From Dehalococcoidia bacterium (lineage in GTDB: Bacteria > Chloroflexota > Dehalococcoidia > Lucifugimonadales > UBA3495), in NCBI GenBank assembly GCA_963692995.1, contig OY843611.1, positions 1,126,748-1,190,747 of the forward strand: 64,000 nt of DNA. Reading direction: 5' to 3'. The notes under the pieces are model-generated. The model saw only the letters and a list, made by a program, of their open reading frames with translations. It searched no databases and had not been told where the DNA came from. The position numbers and the translations under genes are program-made. Shown here in pieces: positions 63,465 to 64,000 of the stretch. The first letter of the stretch is position 1, and each line of letters starts with the position of its first letter.

Positions 63465-64000
63465 TCACCTCATCAGCCGGTTCGTACCGGAATAGCGCCC
63501 CGGGTCCAGGTCCCGTCCGGCCAGGGCCGGGTGGTCGGGGCGGTAGCGATGGCAGCGGAAGGTGGCGTTGGTGTACTCCATTCCACCGCCGCCGCCGGCC
63601 GCATCGCTGTAGTGAAAGAAGGGGTTGATGTATTCCCAGACGACTTCCCCGCGCGGGGTCACCTCAAACATACGCCCCGGAGCGCCTTCGCAAATCAGCG
63701 TGTTGCCGTTGGGCTGTCGCTCCGCGCTGCTGATGTTGTAGCTGTAGAAAGAGATGGCCGGCATTCCCTGGTACTGCCAGTGGATTTCGTTGGTGGCCGG
63801 GTCAACCTCCACGATGCGGGAGTAGCTGGCGCCCCGGCGGTGCCCGCCATTGTCGAAAATCAGGATGCGCCCGCTGTCCAGCCACGTGGGATGGTGCTGG
63901 TGGTAAATTTCGCCCGGCCCCCACTTCCACTTGAAGTCTCCGGTGGCCCGATCAACGATGCCAACGGTGCTGGTCAGCCGGTAGCTCACGATGAGGTCGC
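63465..64000 (-). CDS. Arylsulfotransferase (ASST)-like beta-propeller protein, 5'-partial (continues beyond window)
   Basis: ILIFDNGGHRRG...RIVEVDPATNEIHWQY pattern. The frame is open to the window edge. Confidence 0.6.
   Translation of the reverse strand, partial: DLIVSYRLTSTVGIVDRATGDFKWKWGPGEIYHQHHPTWLDSGRILIFDNGGHRRGASYSRIVEVDPATNEIHWQYQGMPAISFYSYNISSAERQPNGNTLICEGAPGRMFEVTPRGEVVWEYINPFFHYSDAAGGGGGMEYTNATFRCHRYRPDHPALAGRDLDPGRYSGTNRLMR

Overview
GC-rich bacterial chromosome segment with two parts. The composition, GGAGG-type ribosome-binding sites (RBS) and REP-like GGGGCGGGTTTGAAACCCGCCCC palindromes loosely suggest a Chloroflexota-like genome, but that is only a guess. (1) Positions ~1-36556 are an integrated mobile element read almost entirely on the minus strand. 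Its right end carries a tyrosine integrase, a CI/LexA-like repressor with a divergent Cro-like switch, and a 3'-truncated host gene. The left end is not visible in the window. The element has a replication/recombination module: Cas4-like exonuclease, SNF2 helicase, AEP primase-polymerase, UvrD-like helicase, VRR-NUC and a QLSLF clamp-motif protein. It also carries a block centred on a divergent TubZ/FtsZ-like protein, an operon that couples a GmrSD-like DUF262/DUF1524 nuclease to a long pentapeptide-repeat protein and several unknown proteins, SNase-like and MazG-like genes, and a 1255-aa N6-methyltransferase/SF2-helicase fusion. There are two large non-coding regions, an iteron-like repeat array at 11312-11908 and an AT-rich island at ~27430-27610. 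I could not recognise any virion, lysis or conjugation genes. (2) Positions ~36557-64000 are ordinary chromosome: a MoxR/DUF58/transglutaminase-like operon, ogt, comM, a XerC/D-type recombinase, a Type II R-M pair with an HTH-fused endonuclease, an amidohydrolase, ispH, gpsA, an LLM oxidoreductase, an epoxide hydrolase, hemW-like, and a TPP-riboswitch-controlled SSS-transporter/thiC operon. Four scattered genes encode coiled-coil proteins built from perfect in-frame tandem DNA repeats. All functional calls rest on motifs read by eye from the ORF translations. No database search was possible.
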